Shown here: one piece after another, positions 10,163-19,842 of the stretch | How positions within the stretch are numbered: position 1 is the first letter of the stretch | Layout: each line of letters begins with the position of its first letter | Source: Bacillales bacterium UBA4855 | GTDB taxonomy: Bacteria; Bacillota_I; Bacilli_A; RFN20; CAG-826 | NCBI GenBank assembly: GCA_002399785.1 | Contig: DHEH01000002.1 | Coordinates: 97,265 to 161,264, forward strand | Direction of reading: 5' to 3' | Length of the DNA: 64,000 nt | Position numbers and translations under genes: made by a program | Notes under the pieces: model-generated | The model's input: the letters and a program-made list of their open reading frames with translations, nothing else | The model's database searches: none | What the model was told of the DNA's origin: nothing

Positions 10163-11428
10163 TTATTTTCTAAATAACATAGCTTTTTCAATATCAGAAA
10201 TTTCTTTTATGATATTGCCGCTTAAATTGTAACTTCCTTCTTCAGTAACTAAAATATCATCTTCAATTCTAATCCCAATTCCAAGTTCTTTAAAATATAA
10301 ACCAGGTTCATCACTAATGATATTTCCAGCAACTAATGGCAAATCTCTTCTACTGATATCATGAGTATCAAGGCCAATATGATGAGAAATATTATGAAAA
10401 TAATAATTTTTAATATCTTCCTTATTTTTAATAAGACCGGCATTTAAACAGCCATTAGCAAGGAAATCAATTGTTTTTTCTTGAAGTTCTTTAATTGTAA
10501 CTCCTGGTTTAATCCAAGTAATAACAGCTTTATTACAACCTAAAACAATGTTATAAATCTTCTTTTGTAATTCAGTGAATTTTCCATTAACAGGATAAAC
10601 ACGACTGATATCAGCGCAATAGCCATTATTCTTGCTACCAAGATCTAATTGTAAACATTCACCATCATTAATTCTTCCGACAGGTGTTGGATAATGTAAA
10701 ACAGTTGCATGAACACCACTTGCACAAATTGTAGGAAAACTCAAAGTACTATAATCATAACTTTGAATTGTATAATAAAATAAACTACTAATTTGATATT
10801 CAAACATTCCAGGTTTTAAAGACATCATAATTTTCTTTAATCCAATATTAGTTTTAGAAATAGCTTCTTTAAATTCTTCAATTTCTTGAGGAGATTTTAC
10901 CATTCTTAATTTCATTAAAATTGGATAAACATTTCTAATTTCAATATTTGTGTAATTAAGACTCAAACTATTAGCTAATTGGACGGTATATAAATCATCG
11001 CCAATTTTTAATTCTGAATCTAAATCCAAATATAAGTGAGTATAAAAACCATAAGTTTTATCTTTTCCACTAATAAACATATCTAATTTGGCAGAAAAAA
11101 TATCTAAACCAAGAACGTTTTCAATACCGCTTAATTTGCTGGCTTCATCGCTAGTAAGTCTTTTTCCAGTCCATTTTTCATTGACTTCGTTATATTCACT
11201 AATAAACAAAAATTCTTTTAAAATGCCATCACACTTAGCAAGCAAATAAATTGATCCTTCTTGCTCAATATTTGTTAAATAATAGAAATTTCTATTAGCT
11301 GTATAAGGTAAAGTTTCATCTTCACTATATTTTTTAGCTACTCCAGCGTACATGACTACAACGCTGTTATCTTCAATTTCTTTAAATAATTTATTTCTTC
11401 TTTCAGTAAATTCTTTTGTTTTTATCAT
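10163..11428 (-). CDS. Xaa-Pro aminopeptidase/dipeptidase (peptidase M24B)
   Basis: 421 aa; M24 metal-ligand context DLG...ADISR, HHIGLDTHD, EPGLY, IRIEDDILVT. Confidence 0.85.
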   Translation of the reverse strand: MIKTKEFTERRNKLFKEIEDNSVVVMYAGVAKKYSEDETLPYTANRNFYYLTNIEQEGSIYLLAKCDGILKEFLFISEYNEVNEKWTGKRLTSDEASKLSGIENVLGLDIFSAKLDMFISGKDKTYGFYTHLYLDLDSELKIGDDLYTVQLANSLSLNYTNIEIRNVYPILMKLRMVKSPQEIEEFKEAISKTNIGLKKIMMSLKPGMFEYQISSLFYYTIQSYDYSTLSFPTICASGVHATVLHYPTPVGRINDGECLQLDLGSKNNGYCADISRVYPVNGKFTELQKKIYNIVLGCNKAVITWIKPGVTIKELQEKTIDFLANGCLNAGLIKNKEDIKNYYFHNISHHIGLDTHDISRRDLPLVAGNIISDEPGLYFKELGIGIRIEDDILVTEEGSYNLSGNIIKEISDIEKAMLFRK

Positions 11429-12255
11429 AATTTTTCCTCCATATTTAAAAGTTCATCAACAGCACCCTTAATTTCAGGAAGATTTATATCAAAAACTTTC
11501 CCTTGATCAACTAATTCACTATTTCCTTCAACTATAGGAAGTTGACACAAAACTTTTGTACCAATTGATTTAGCCACCTCTTCAATTTTGCTTTTGCCAT
11601 AAATATAAATTTTATTTCCGCAATTATCACATTTTACATAAGACATGTTTTCAACAATGCCTAAAATAGGAACATTCAATTGTTTTGCCATATTTACAGC
11701 TTTTTTAACAATTAAAGAGACTAAATCTTGAGGTGAAGTAACAATAATAATTCCGTCTAAAGGAATTGATTGAAAAGTAGTTAATGTTACATCGCTTGTT
11801 CCTGGTGGCATATCTATTAATAAATATTCTAGTGCTCCCCACACAACGTCTTTATAAAATTGACCTAACAAGGTGGTAACTAAAGCACCTCTCCATATGA
11901 TTGGATCTTCTTCATTTTCTAAAAGCATGTTGCTGGAAATAATTTTTACATCATTTTTAGCCATAACTGGATAAATTAAGCCGTTTCCGTCTCCATATGC
12001 TCTTTCATGAATTCCAAAAGCCTTTGGAATAGAAGGACCAGTAATATCTCCATCTAAAATTCCAACCTTTTTACCGGCTTTTTTCAAAGCTGATGCTAAT
12101 AAAGATGTTACAAAGGATTTTCCTACTCCACCTTTACCACTAACTATCGCCACTGTATGCATGATACAGCTTTGATCATTCAATTCTAATTGCTCTATTC
12201 TTGAAGAACAATTCTCAACATTGCAAGAATCGCAATTATGTGTACAATCACTCAT
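11425..12255 (-). CDS. Mrp/NBP35 (ApbC) family Fe-S cluster carrier ATPase
   Basis: Deviant Walker A SGKGGVGKS; Cys-rich N-terminus CTHNCDSCNVENC; CxxC (CDNCG) in the C-terminal half. Confidence 0.85.
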   Translation of the reverse strand: MSDCTHNCDSCNVENCSSRIEQLELNDQSCIMHTVAIVSGKGGVGKSFVTSLLASALKKAGKKVGILDGDITGPSIPKAFGIHERAYGDGNGLIYPVMAKNDVKIISSNMLLENEEDPIIWRGALVTTLLGQFYKDVVWGALEYLLIDMPPGTSDVTLTTFQSIPLDGIIIVTSPQDLVSLIVKKAVNMAKQLNVPILGIVENMSYVKCDNCGNKIYIYGKSKIEEVAKSIGTKVLCQLPIVEGNSELVDQGKVFDINLPEIKGAVDELLNMEEKL

Positions 12256-12257
12256 TT

Positions 12258-12878
12258 TTATCTCCCATCTATCGATTTCAATATTTCAGTTTCTTTAAAA
12301 CTAATGACTTTTACTTTAAACAAGAATTTTGATTCGAGTTCATCTAAATCTAAATCTTTCGTTGCTAAAAAATCTATCTGTATTTTAACATTAAATTCTA
12401 AATGTACTAAATCAAAATGATTAATTTTTAAATAATGTTTAAAAAGATCAAATTTGCTTTGATCAACTTCAACTCTAACGGCCAATTTCTCTTCCAAAAG
12501 AAATTTAGGGGCCTTATCAACTGTTTCGCTTGCAATTTCTACATACGTTCTCAATAATCTTCCAGAACCAAGTAAAGTTCCGCCAAAATAACGAACAACA
12601 ATTAATAAAACATTAGTTAAATTGTTTCTATTTAAAATATCTAACATTGGTTTGCCTGCAGTTCCACTCGGTTCGCCGTCATCACTAAATTTTTGATTAT
12701 TTTTTAAAACATAAGCATAACAATAATGTCTGGCTTTAGGAAATTCCTTTTTATATTCTTTTAATGTTGCTTTTAATAAGTTTGCATCAAAAAAAGGCAC
12801 AATTATTCCAATAAACTTCGATTTTAGAACAGAAATTTCACTAATATTTTCGTTTTTTATAGTACATGTATTTTCCAT
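12258..12878 (-). CDS. YigZ/IMPACT-family protein
   Basis: KSKFIG, RHYCYAY, DDGEPSGTAGKPML, VVRYFGGTLLG motifs typical of UPF0029. Confidence 0.8.
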   Translation of the reverse strand: MENTCTIKNENISEISVLKSKFIGIIVPFFDANLLKATLKEYKKEFPKARHYCYAYVLKNNQKFSDDGEPSGTAGKPMLDILNRNNLTNVLLIVVRYFGGTLLGSGRLLRTYVEIASETVDKAPKFLLEEKLAVRVEVDQSKFDLFKHYLKINHFDLVHLEFNVKIQIDFLATKDLDLDELESKFLFKVKVISFKETEILKSIDGR

Positions 12879-12925
12879 ACATAAAATATTGTATTTAATA
12901 TATAATATGAAAGCAAAGTAAAATT

Positions 12926-13837
12926 ATGAACGAAAAAATTAAATGTAAAAAATGCGGATTGCTAATCGATGAAGATTCTAATATCTGTCCTTATTGTGGA
13001 TTTCCTGTCCATCATGAAGATGAAGATAAAACCGAGCCTCTTAAAGGTGAAGTTGTTGAACACCCTCACCATCAAGAAACTCAAAAAAGGAGCTTCAATC
13101 CTTTTCAGTTTGAATCACGTGAATTTAAAACATCGATTTATAAACAAATTGTTTGTTTTTTGATTGGTTTTGTTGGCTTACAATTAATCAGTTTACTTAT
13201 TAGTGTAATAATTAAAGCCGTAAATCCTTATTATTTACTAACAATTACATATCAAGGAATGGTAAATTTTGCTATTTATAGTATCTTGTTTGGTGTACTC
13301 CTTCTAGTTATTAATAAAGAACTTATTCCACTATTAAATGATTTTAAAATTCCAAAAACTTGGCTCAATGGTATCGGAAACGGTTTTATTTTAATTGTAG
13401 TTTCTACTATTGTATCTATGATATTTAATTTAATGGCTACTGCTATTCTTGGTAGTTCGTCAGTTAATAATAATGAAGCCGGCATCAATTCTATTCAATC
13501 GGTTTATCCATTTGCCTCAATAATTATATTTGGAATTATTGGTCCAATATGCGAAGAAATAACCTATAGACTCGGCTTTTTCTCTTTATTAAAAAGAGCA
13601 AATAGAGTAGTAGCTTACGTTGGGGTAGCAATCTTATTCGGATTAATTCATTTTGATTACTCTACCACAGGAGCGGCTTTAGCAAATGAATTTTTCAACC
13701 TTCCTTCTTATATTGTTGCTGGTGTATTATTATCATATTTTTACGATAAATATGGACTATCAAATTCAATATTAGCCCACATTACAAATAACCTTTTCGC
13801 TATAATTGTTGGGTTAATTACCACAAGATTAATATAA
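12926..13837 (+). CDS. CPBP (CAAX/Abi) intramembrane protease with N-terminal zinc ribbon
   Basis: CKKCG...CPYCG ribbon; polytopic; CPBP motifs EEITYR, FGLIHF, HITNN. Confidence 0.8.
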   Translation: MNEKIKCKKCGLLIDEDSNICPYCGFPVHHEDEDKTEPLKGEVVEHPHHQETQKRSFNPFQFESREFKTSIYKQIVCFLIGFVGLQLISLLISVIIKAVNPYYLLTITYQGMVNFAIYSILFGVLLLVINKELIPLLNDFKIPKTWLNGIGNGFILIVVSTIVSMIFNLMATAILGSSSVNNNEAGINSIQSVYPFASIIIFGIIGPICEEITYRLGFFSLLKRANRVVAYVGVAILFGLIHFDYSTTGAALANEFFNLPSYIVAGVLLSYFYDKYGLSNSILAHITNNLFAIIVGLITTRLI

Positions 13838-14757
13838 TGAAAAAGAAATGGCTTTTCCTGAATAATTTGAGTCTAAAAATTATTGCATGTGTTGCAATGA
13901 CTCTTGATCATCTCGGAATTTTTTTAGATTTTTATTTAACTGATGCCTCTTACGAACCATTTATTACTGCTTTAAGAATTATTGGAAGAATCGCCTTACC
14001 AATATTTGTTTATTTAGTTTTTGAAGGTTGCAGAAAAACTAAAGATATTAAAAAATATCTTATGCGTCTTGGCATCGCTTCTCTAATTTTATATTTATTG
14101 ATCATTTTAACTTTCGTTATTGCACCCAATATTGGTTTCGAGTTTGGAACGGGATTCTTTTTAGAAAACATATTTTTTACAATGTTTTTATTAGTACTAA
14201 CATATTACTCTTTATTCAAAAAGACGAGGGCTTGGCAAGGGTTTTTGATAATTATTCCTATATTATTCGTTGTTGGTGGATTCATTTATGAAGTCGCTTC
14301 CCAAAACGGAGCTTTCAAATATGCAACACAATTTCAAGGCTTCATTGACGGAATTATGCCTCAATATCAATTTGAAGCTTTAATTATGTTTTTAATAGTT
14401 GCCTTTTCAAACTTTTTCTACGAAAAAAATGTTAAAAAATCTTTAGGAATTGAAGGCGAACAATTCAAAGCAGTTGTTGATTCAGACCAATCTCAAATAT
14501 ATCGAAACATTATGATGATTATAGGAACTATCATTGTTTCCTTAATTTGTGAAGGATTAACATATGTTACTAATATTGGCCAATATTTAATTAATGCTGA
14601 AATAAGACAGAAAGAAGCTTGGTTTTTAATCGCGTCATTATTCATCATCTTTTATAATGGAAAACTTGGTCCATCAAACAAAATTACTAAATATGGATTT
14701 TACATTTATTATCCAATGCATATTGGTCTACTTGCATTAATTTTCATGCTAATATAA
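13837..14757 (+). CDS. TraX-family membrane protein
   Basis: LKIIACVAMTLDHLG N-terminal signature; polytopic; its ATG overlaps the stop of the CPBP gene (TAATG). Confidence 0.7.
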   Translation: MKKKWLFLNNLSLKIIACVAMTLDHLGIFLDFYLTDASYEPFITALRIIGRIALPIFVYLVFEGCRKTKDIKKYLMRLGIASLILYLLIILTFVIAPNIGFEFGTGFFLENIFFTMFLLVLTYYSLFKKTRAWQGFLIIIPILFVVGGFIYEVASQNGAFKYATQFQGFIDGIMPQYQFEALIMFLIVAFSNFFYEKNVKKSLGIEGEQFKAVVDSDQSQIYRNIMMIIGTIIVSLICEGLTYVTNIGQYLINAEIRQKEAWFLIASLFIIFYNGKLGPSNKITKYGFYIYYPMHIGLLALIFMLI

Positions 14758-14775
14758 TGGCATGGAGGAAAAATT

Positions 14776-15078
14776 ATGTTAATACATTTAACGAAAAAAG
14801 ATAATTTTGACGAATTAATTAAAGAAGGCGATACTATTGTAGATTTCTTTGCAACTTGGTGTGGACCATGCAAAATGCTTGCTCCAGAACTTGAAGAACT
14901 TGCTAGCGAACATCCAGAAATAAAGGTAATTAAAGTTGATGTCGATGAATTCAACGAATTAGCCGGAAGATTTGGAATTAGAGCCGTTCCAACACTTATT
15001 GTGTTTAATAATGGCGTTGCTACTAAGCAATCAATGGGCTATATGGATAAAAACGCCGTTCTCGGATTAGTAAAATAA
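14776..15078 (+). CDS. trxA: thioredoxin
   Basis: 100 aa; WCGPCK active site; GGAGG RBS upstream. Confidence 0.9.
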   Translation: MLIHLTKKDNFDELIKEGDTIVDFFATWCGPCKMLAPELEELASEHPEIKVIKVDVDEFNELAGRFGIRAVPTLIVFNNGVATKQSMGYMDKNAVLGLVK

Positions 15079-16221
15079 TTATCTTTTATCAAACTCGGAA
15101 TTTATTAATTTAATCCACTTAGGTTTTATTAAATCAATATTCCATAAGAAACTTCTTTTATAGGAAGTTTCTTTTATTTTAATAAGTTTTTCCTTATCAG
15201 AAAGAATTTCGATTATCTTGTCAGCATATTCTTTAACCCCTCCATCAATTAAATATCCATCAATTTCATTTTCAATAATTTCATTAGTTGAGTCACCAAT
15301 ATTACGCATTATTGTTGGTACACTTTGAGAACTAGCCTCTATTTTTACTAGCGGAAACCCTTCATAAACAGAAGTCATAAGAAGTAAATCAGATTCTAAA
15401 AATTTACTTTGAATATCTTTTGTAGGTTCGTTAACTGCTACGCAATCATCTAATTTATTATCCTTTATATATAAAAAGACTTTTTCTAATAAAGGACCTG
15501 ATCCATAAATATTTAAATGAAAACCAAAACTTCTATCCTTAAGGGACTTAGCAATTTCAAGAGCCATTATCGGATTTTTTTGTTCACATAAACGACCAAC
15601 AAAGATTATATTATTATTATGGTATGCTAAATTTAATGTTGATCTAAAACGACAAGGATTAAAAATATAATCGATTTCGCAATTAAACTTCTTTTTGGAG
15701 TTTATTACTTTATCAAATGTTTCTTTTGATAAAACTATGAATTTGTCTGGCTTTTTAATTAAAAGAAAACCAAAACGAACCGGTAAAGAATTAAGATGAG
15801 AAAAATTGTAATTATAATGATAGATTTTTTTGATATTGTTTGGTGATAAAAAATAACTATCATACTCAGTACAAATCAATACATTATCACCCACCATTTG
15901 CTTAATCTTTCTTTTAATAGATTTTTTCTTGATGAAGAACCAATAAAAAACTCGAAATGCTAATTTAATGTTTTTGAAAGGATGAAATCCCCTTATCTTA
16001 ATGAATGATTGATCGCAAGTTGTTACTTCGCTAGGAATGCCAATACTATAAATTTTCACTCTAGAATCGATGTCATACAAACATCCACCTTCATTATTTG
16101 AAGTGGTAATTAAAGTAATATCAAAAACATCACATAGATTATTAATTAAATTAATAGTTAGGCTTTCAGTGCCACCTATTTTATCGGTTTGCTGAATCCA
16201 CCAAAATAATTTTTTCTTCAT
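15079..16221 (-). CDS. glycosyltransferase family 4 (GT-B fold)
   Basis: 380 aa; N-terminal GGTE; C-terminal EGFPLVKIEA...VPTI (E-x7-E region). Confidence 0.7.
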   Translation of the reverse strand: MKKKLFWWIQQTDKIGGTESLTINLINNLCDVFDITLITTSNNEGGCLYDIDSRVKIYSIGIPSEVTTCDQSFIKIRGFHPFKNIKLAFRVFYWFFIKKKSIKRKIKQMVGDNVLICTEYDSYFLSPNNIKKIYHYNYNFSHLNSLPVRFGFLLIKKPDKFIVLSKETFDKVINSKKKFNCEIDYIFNPCRFRSTLNLAYHNNNIIFVGRLCEQKNPIMALEIAKSLKDRSFGFHLNIYGSGPLLEKVFLYIKDNKLDDCVAVNEPTKDIQSKFLESDLLLMTSVYEGFPLVKIEASSQSVPTIMRNIGDSTNEIIENEIDGYLIDGGVKEYADKIIEILSDKEKLIKIKETSYKRSFLWNIDLIKPKWIKLINSEFDKR

Positions 16222-16243
16222 TTAAAAATTATATCACTAAATA

Positions 16244-16272
16244 TTGAAAAACTATTTTATGTCGCATATAAT
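16244..16272 (+). promoter_or_regulatory. sigma-70-type promoter of tRNA-Gly
   Basis: TTGAAA (16244-16249), 17-nt spacer, TATAAT (16267-16272); tRNA 5' end 10 nt downstream. Confidence 0.55.
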
Positions 16273-16281
16273 AATAACCAC

Positions 16282-16355
16282 GCAGGTGTAGTTTAATGGT
16301 AGAGCATCAGCCTTCCAAGCTGATTACGCGGGTTCGATTCCCGTCACCTGCTCCA
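16282..16355 (+). tRNA. tRNA-Gly (anticodon UCC), CCA encoded
   Basis: Acceptor GCAGGTG/CACCTGC, anticodon arm TCAGC-CTTCCAA-GCTGA, T-loop GGTTCGATTCC, 3' TCCA. Confidence 0.95.
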
Positions 16356-16368
16356 TTTTTAAAAATTT

Positions 16369-16393
16369 ACCCATCCAAAAGATGGGTTTTTAT
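16369..16393 (+). terminator. rho-independent terminator after tRNA-Gly
   Basis: ACCCATC-CAAAA-GATGGGT followed by TTTTTATTT. Confidence 0.7.
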
Positions 16394-16438
16394 TTAAAAT
16401 AAATACCAATTTATAAAAATATTAAATATAATTCTTTT

Positions 16439-17047
16439 ATGAACAAAAACGAATCAAAAACACTAGACGTATTGCTTGGAACTTCTAACGAAGGAAAAGT
16501 CAAAGAATTCCAAGATATATTTACCGGTTATAATATTAAATTTCATAGTCTTAAAGAATTTAATTTAAAGTGTGATTTCGATGAAAACGGATGCACTTAC
16601 GAGGAGAACGCTTTAATAAAAGCAAATGCTTTAAAAGGTCTTACTAAACTACCAATTATTACCGATGATTCTGGTATTGAAATAGAGGCTTTAGGAGATC
16701 ATTATCCAGGCATCTTTTCGCATCGATATGCAACAAATAACGGGGGTTTTGCAAGGAATAATCAAAATTTATGCAAGAATTATCCTGGTTCAAAAGCAAA
16801 ATTTTCATGTTGCATTTGTCTTGTTTTTCCAAATCAAAAACCAATATTTTTTTATGGAGAAATCAAAGGAAAACTCGCCGATTCTATCTCGGGAAAAGAA
16901 GGTTTTGGATACGACCCGATCTTTATTCCAGATGGTTTCAATCAAACTTTTGCTCAAATTAACGAAATTACTAAAAACAGCATTTCCCATAGAGGAAATG
17001 CTGCTAAATTATTAATTAAATATCTTAAAAAGAATAAGCTTATTTAG
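16439..17047 (+). CDS. rdgB: RdgB/HAM1 non-canonical purine NTP pyrophosphatase
   Basis: TSNEGKVKEF N-terminus, DDSGIE, GFGYDPIF, SHRGNA motifs. Confidence 0.85.
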   Translation: MNKNESKTLDVLLGTSNEGKVKEFQDIFTGYNIKFHSLKEFNLKCDFDENGCTYEENALIKANALKGLTKLPIITDDSGIEIEALGDHYPGIFSHRYATNNGGFARNNQNLCKNYPGSKAKFSCCICLVFPNQKPIFFYGEIKGKLADSISGKEGFGYDPIFIPDGFNQTFAQINEITKNSISHRGNAAKLLIKYLKKNKLI

Positions 17048-17969
17048 TCATTTTATAAAAAATAAAATACGCAACCGCTAATAATGCGACCGGAATTAAT
17101 CCGCACCACATAATAATATTATTTTTGGTAATAGCACCAGTTATAAACAAAACTAAAGCAACAATCAGCAAAATACCAAAAATTACAAAAAATATTCCTC
17201 TCATTTTTAAGAATTTTTCGTCCGGAACAATAACAACTAAAGTTTCAGGTTCCTCATAATCAATAGTTTTGACATTATTTTTTGTTTCTGTTCCGTCAAA
17301 TTGTACATCACCAATCAAGTTAACATTATAAAGATTGTTTTTTCTTTGCTCCAAAGCCTTAAGGTTTTCATAAAAATTAGAAAGAAAATCATGCTTATCT
17401 TTTTTAAATTCATCAAACACTTCTTCATCAAGAAGTTCAAAGGAACTATCAAGGAATTTCATTAAACTAATCGAATCTTGGACACCTTTAACATAGTAAT
17501 CAAAGTATTCTTTTTTTAAAAAAGTCCCGTCAATCATAAGTCTTTTTTCTAAAATAGAAAAAAAGTAACGAATTTGATTTTCCATATCAGAAATAAAATT
17601 TAGAAACAAAAAGGTATTTTCCTTATCTAAAGCAATATCATAAGAATTGATAAGTTCAATAACATCTAAAAAACAAATATTATCAAACGATTGACCATAT
17701 ATTTTGTTTAAAGCCATTCCAATAATTGAAGATAAATCATTTGGTCTAAGTTCTAAACAACTTTTGTAGGTATTGTGGCCCGCTTCATGATCTGTTGAAT
17801 TATACGTTAATTTATAAGCGTATTTAGATAACTGACTATATTTTTTATCAATTAATTCTTTACCTTGCGAAAATGTAAAAGTGGCTCCACACTTAGAACA
17901 AAAAACATTTGGTTTTTCAGGATCAGCATCAATAATTTTCCCACATTCGGGACATATAACTTTTTTCAT
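17040..17969 (-). CDS. zinc-ribbon protein with C-terminal double TM anchor, unknown function
   Basis: CPECG...CSKCG ribbon, about 230-aa helical region, two C-terminal hydrophobic helices. Start taken at MKKVICPECG; a GTG at 18005 is possible. Confidence 0.5.
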   Translation of the reverse strand: MKKVICPECGKIIDADPEKPNVFCSKCGATFTFSQGKELIDKKYSQLSKYAYKLTYNSTDHEAGHNTYKSCLELRPNDLSSIIGMALNKIYGQSFDNICFLDVIELINSYDIALDKENTFLFLNFISDMENQIRYFFSILEKRLMIDGTFLKKEYFDYYVKGVQDSISLMKFLDSSFELLDEEVFDEFKKDKHDFLSNFYENLKALEQRKNNLYNVNLIGDVQFDGTETKNNVKTIDYEEPETLVVIVPDEKFLKMRGIFFVIFGILLIVALVLFITGAITKNNIIMWCGLIPVALLAVAYFIFYKMTK

Positions 17970-18000
17970 ACGCTTATTATATATTATTAAAATAAATGAA

Positions 18001-18026
18001 AACACTAAAAATCAATTTTTAGTGTT
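18001..18026. terminator. perfect 12-bp palindromic hairpin, likely terminator of the XRE-ImmA unit
   Basis: AACACTAAAAAT-CA-ATTTTTAGTGTT; T-rich sequence follows on the minus strand. Confidence 0.55.
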
Positions 18027-18035
18027 TAATTTTAA

Positions 18036-18062
18036 AATATCCTTAGCAAATCCCTGTTATTT
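18036..18062. repeat. copy A (diverged) of the stop-codon-proximal motif ATCC(CCT/TTA)GCAAATCCC
   Basis: Core ATCCTTAGCAAATCCC at 18039-18054, 13/16 identical to copies B and C; 8 nt from the stop of the ImmA-like gene. Confidence 0.5.
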
Positions 18063-18746
18063 TTAAAAACGAACAGCATTTATTCTTGCATCAATCTCTT
18101 CAGAATCAGCAATTGTTTCAATTACCATATTGCTAGATCCACTATCAATCATAAACTTTGCAATATCAACACTCTTAACTTCAAACAAAGCATTTACATC
18201 TATTTTATCTTTTATCGAATTAATCTTTCTGTAAGTTGCACATTCAGGAGAAACAAAAAATTGTGTTTCTATTTCTTTTTCATTTAATTTTTGACATATA
18301 CGTTCCGGAATTAAAATATAACCAGCCAATCTATTGGCTTGCCATTCAGGATCAGAAAAACTTTGTATTCCTTTACCGTCATCATCTTTTAATTTAGGTT
18401 TTCTATTTGTAACTTGCATCAAAAACATGTGAGAAAATTCATGAGTTAAAGTAAATCTCGATCTAGGGTCCACTTTAGCTGAATCATATTGACTGCTTTT
18501 AATAAAAATTGTGTTTTCCAAATAAGAATAAAAAGCTAATTGTGTCTCTCCATCAAACATATTGTCATCATCTTCAACAACTTGATAAGAAAAGTCATTA
18601 AACATAGGTTCGTCCATTGCTAAATCTAAAACCTTTAAAATAGGAAACTCTTCAGTTTCCTTTATATTAAATACTTTTCTAATTACATCGGCATATTTAA
18701 TTAATTGTTTCTTATTTGTCGGCGCACAAAAACATAATTGACTCAT
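18063..18746 (-). CDS. ImmA/IrrE-family (COG2856) metallopeptidase
   Basis: HExxH in LTHEFSHMFL; downstream EWQANRLAGYILIP motif typical of the family; 3-nt gap after the XRE gene. Confidence 0.75.
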   Translation of the reverse strand: MSQLCFCAPTNKKQLIKYADVIRKVFNIKETEEFPILKVLDLAMDEPMFNDFSYQVVEDDDNMFDGETQLAFYSYLENTIFIKSSQYDSAKVDPRSRFTLTHEFSHMFLMQVTNRKPKLKDDDGKGIQSFSDPEWQANRLAGYILIPERICQKLNEKEIETQFFVSPECATYRKINSIKDKIDVNALFEVKSVDIAKFMIDSGSSNMVIETIADSEEIDARINAVRF

Positions 18747-18749
18747 TTA

Positions 18750-19130
18750 TTAGTCACCAGTATTCTTATTTTTCTTTTCTTCAGCATCAAGAAGTTTTTG
18801 AAGTTTAGCTAATAAATCTGGATCAGCATTTTTAATGTTACGTGCAAATTTTATAGAAACATCTTGTTGTTCATTTGAAAAATTACCAATTTCAATATTA
18901 ACTTCGTTTTTAGCAAGAGAAACTATTCTATCCAACTCGCTAATTTCGTTTTTTGTTAAATTATATTGTTTGCTTAAAATTTTAATCCATTTATCTGGAA
19001 AAACACGCTTACCACATTCTACTGAAGATACATAAGCAGAACTTACATTTAATTTTGCTGCCATATCTTTTAATGTTTCGTCGTGATCAACTCTTAAATG
19101 TCTTAAATATTTCCCAATTTCAGTAATCAT
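18750..19130 (-). CDS. XRE-family helix-turn-helix transcriptional regulator
   Basis: LRHLRVDHDETLKDMAAKLNVSSAYVSSVECGKR = HTH_3-type motif. Confidence 0.85.
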   Translation of the reverse strand: MITEIGKYLRHLRVDHDETLKDMAAKLNVSSAYVSSVECGKRVFPDKWIKILSKQYNLTKNEISELDRIVSLAKNEVNIEIGNFSNEQQDVSIKFARNIKNADPDLLAKLQKLLDAEEKKNKNTGD

Positions 19131-19262
19131 ATATAAATCCTTCTATATCTTATTATTTACAAACTTTCGCCTAATTTCAACAAAAATGTTTATTTTTTAC
19201 AATATTATCATATAACAGCCATTTTATCATAAATTCTCTTAAATACCATAGTTTTTTTATGA

Positions 19263-19290
19263 ATTATATATGCAAAACAGCATATATAAT
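19263..19290. promoter_or_regulatory. 11-bp perfect inverted repeat, candidate operator upstream of the XRE gene
   Basis: ATTATATATGC-AAAACA-GCATATATAAT, about 130 nt upstream of the XRE start; no flanking U-run, so not an obvious terminator. Confidence 0.3.
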
Positions 19291-19623
19291 AAATATAAAA
19301 TCAAATACTTAAAACCAAAGAAATTGTTATAAAGATAATGTTTTATAATTGAATTTTTAAAACACACATAGGATTAACCTTTAGAACTCGATTGATGCTT
19401 TGTATAAAAAAGTTGTTGTAAATATCCATCTCTTTTGATTGTTTTAAAAACCTTCTGTTGAACATTTTTGCGTTTTACATACTTTAGTTCGATACATTTT
19501 AATATTATTATTTCAAGTCGCATAAAGGCTAAATTAGTTGCTTTTCTACATAGGTATGATGTCACATTTGGATGGGGTTGAATCACGACATCGCCCGCCA
19601 ACTTTGGAAAAATAATCGAAAAC

Positions 19624-19658
19624 AACAAAAAAAGACTGATATTTATATATCAATCTTT
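19624..19658 (-). terminator. rho-independent terminator after tRNA-Ser(GCU)
   Basis: On the minus strand AAAGAUUGAUA-loop-UAUCAGUCUUU (one G-U pair) followed by UUUUUUUGUUGUUUU. Confidence 0.55.
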
Positions 19659-19669
19659 AATTTTAACAA

Positions 19670-19759
19670 TGGCGGAGTAAGAGGGATTCGAACTCTCGCT
19701 GCAGTTGCCCGCACTACTTCCTTAGCAGGGAAGCCCCTTCACCACTTGGGTATTACTCC
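19670..19759 (-). tRNA. tRNA-Ser (anticodon GCU), type II with long variable arm, CCA encoded
   Basis: Acceptor GGAGTAA/TTACTCC, anticodon arm CTTCC-CTGCTAA-GGAAG, long variable arm, T-loop TTCGAAT, GCCA 3' end. Confidence 0.93.
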
Positions 19760-19842
19760 ATGGTTGCTTGAATAATATATCATAATAGACTTTAAAAACA
19801 AAGAATTTTAATTATCTAAATGTATAGTCTAATTTTATTTAA

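Noticed and set aside
16659-17015. Cluster of 61-95-aa overlapping ORFs on both strands.
   Set aside because: All lie inside the well-supported rdgB gene; they are frame artefacts.
19374-19628. 84-aa minus-strand ORF and a GC-rich patch (19560-19610) ending in CGCCCGCCA that superficially resembles a tRNA 3' end or an integrase remnant next to tRNA-Ser.
   Set aside because: No cloverleaf can be folded, the ORF has no recombinase motifs and there is no RBS. It may be decayed sequence, but I cannot support a call.
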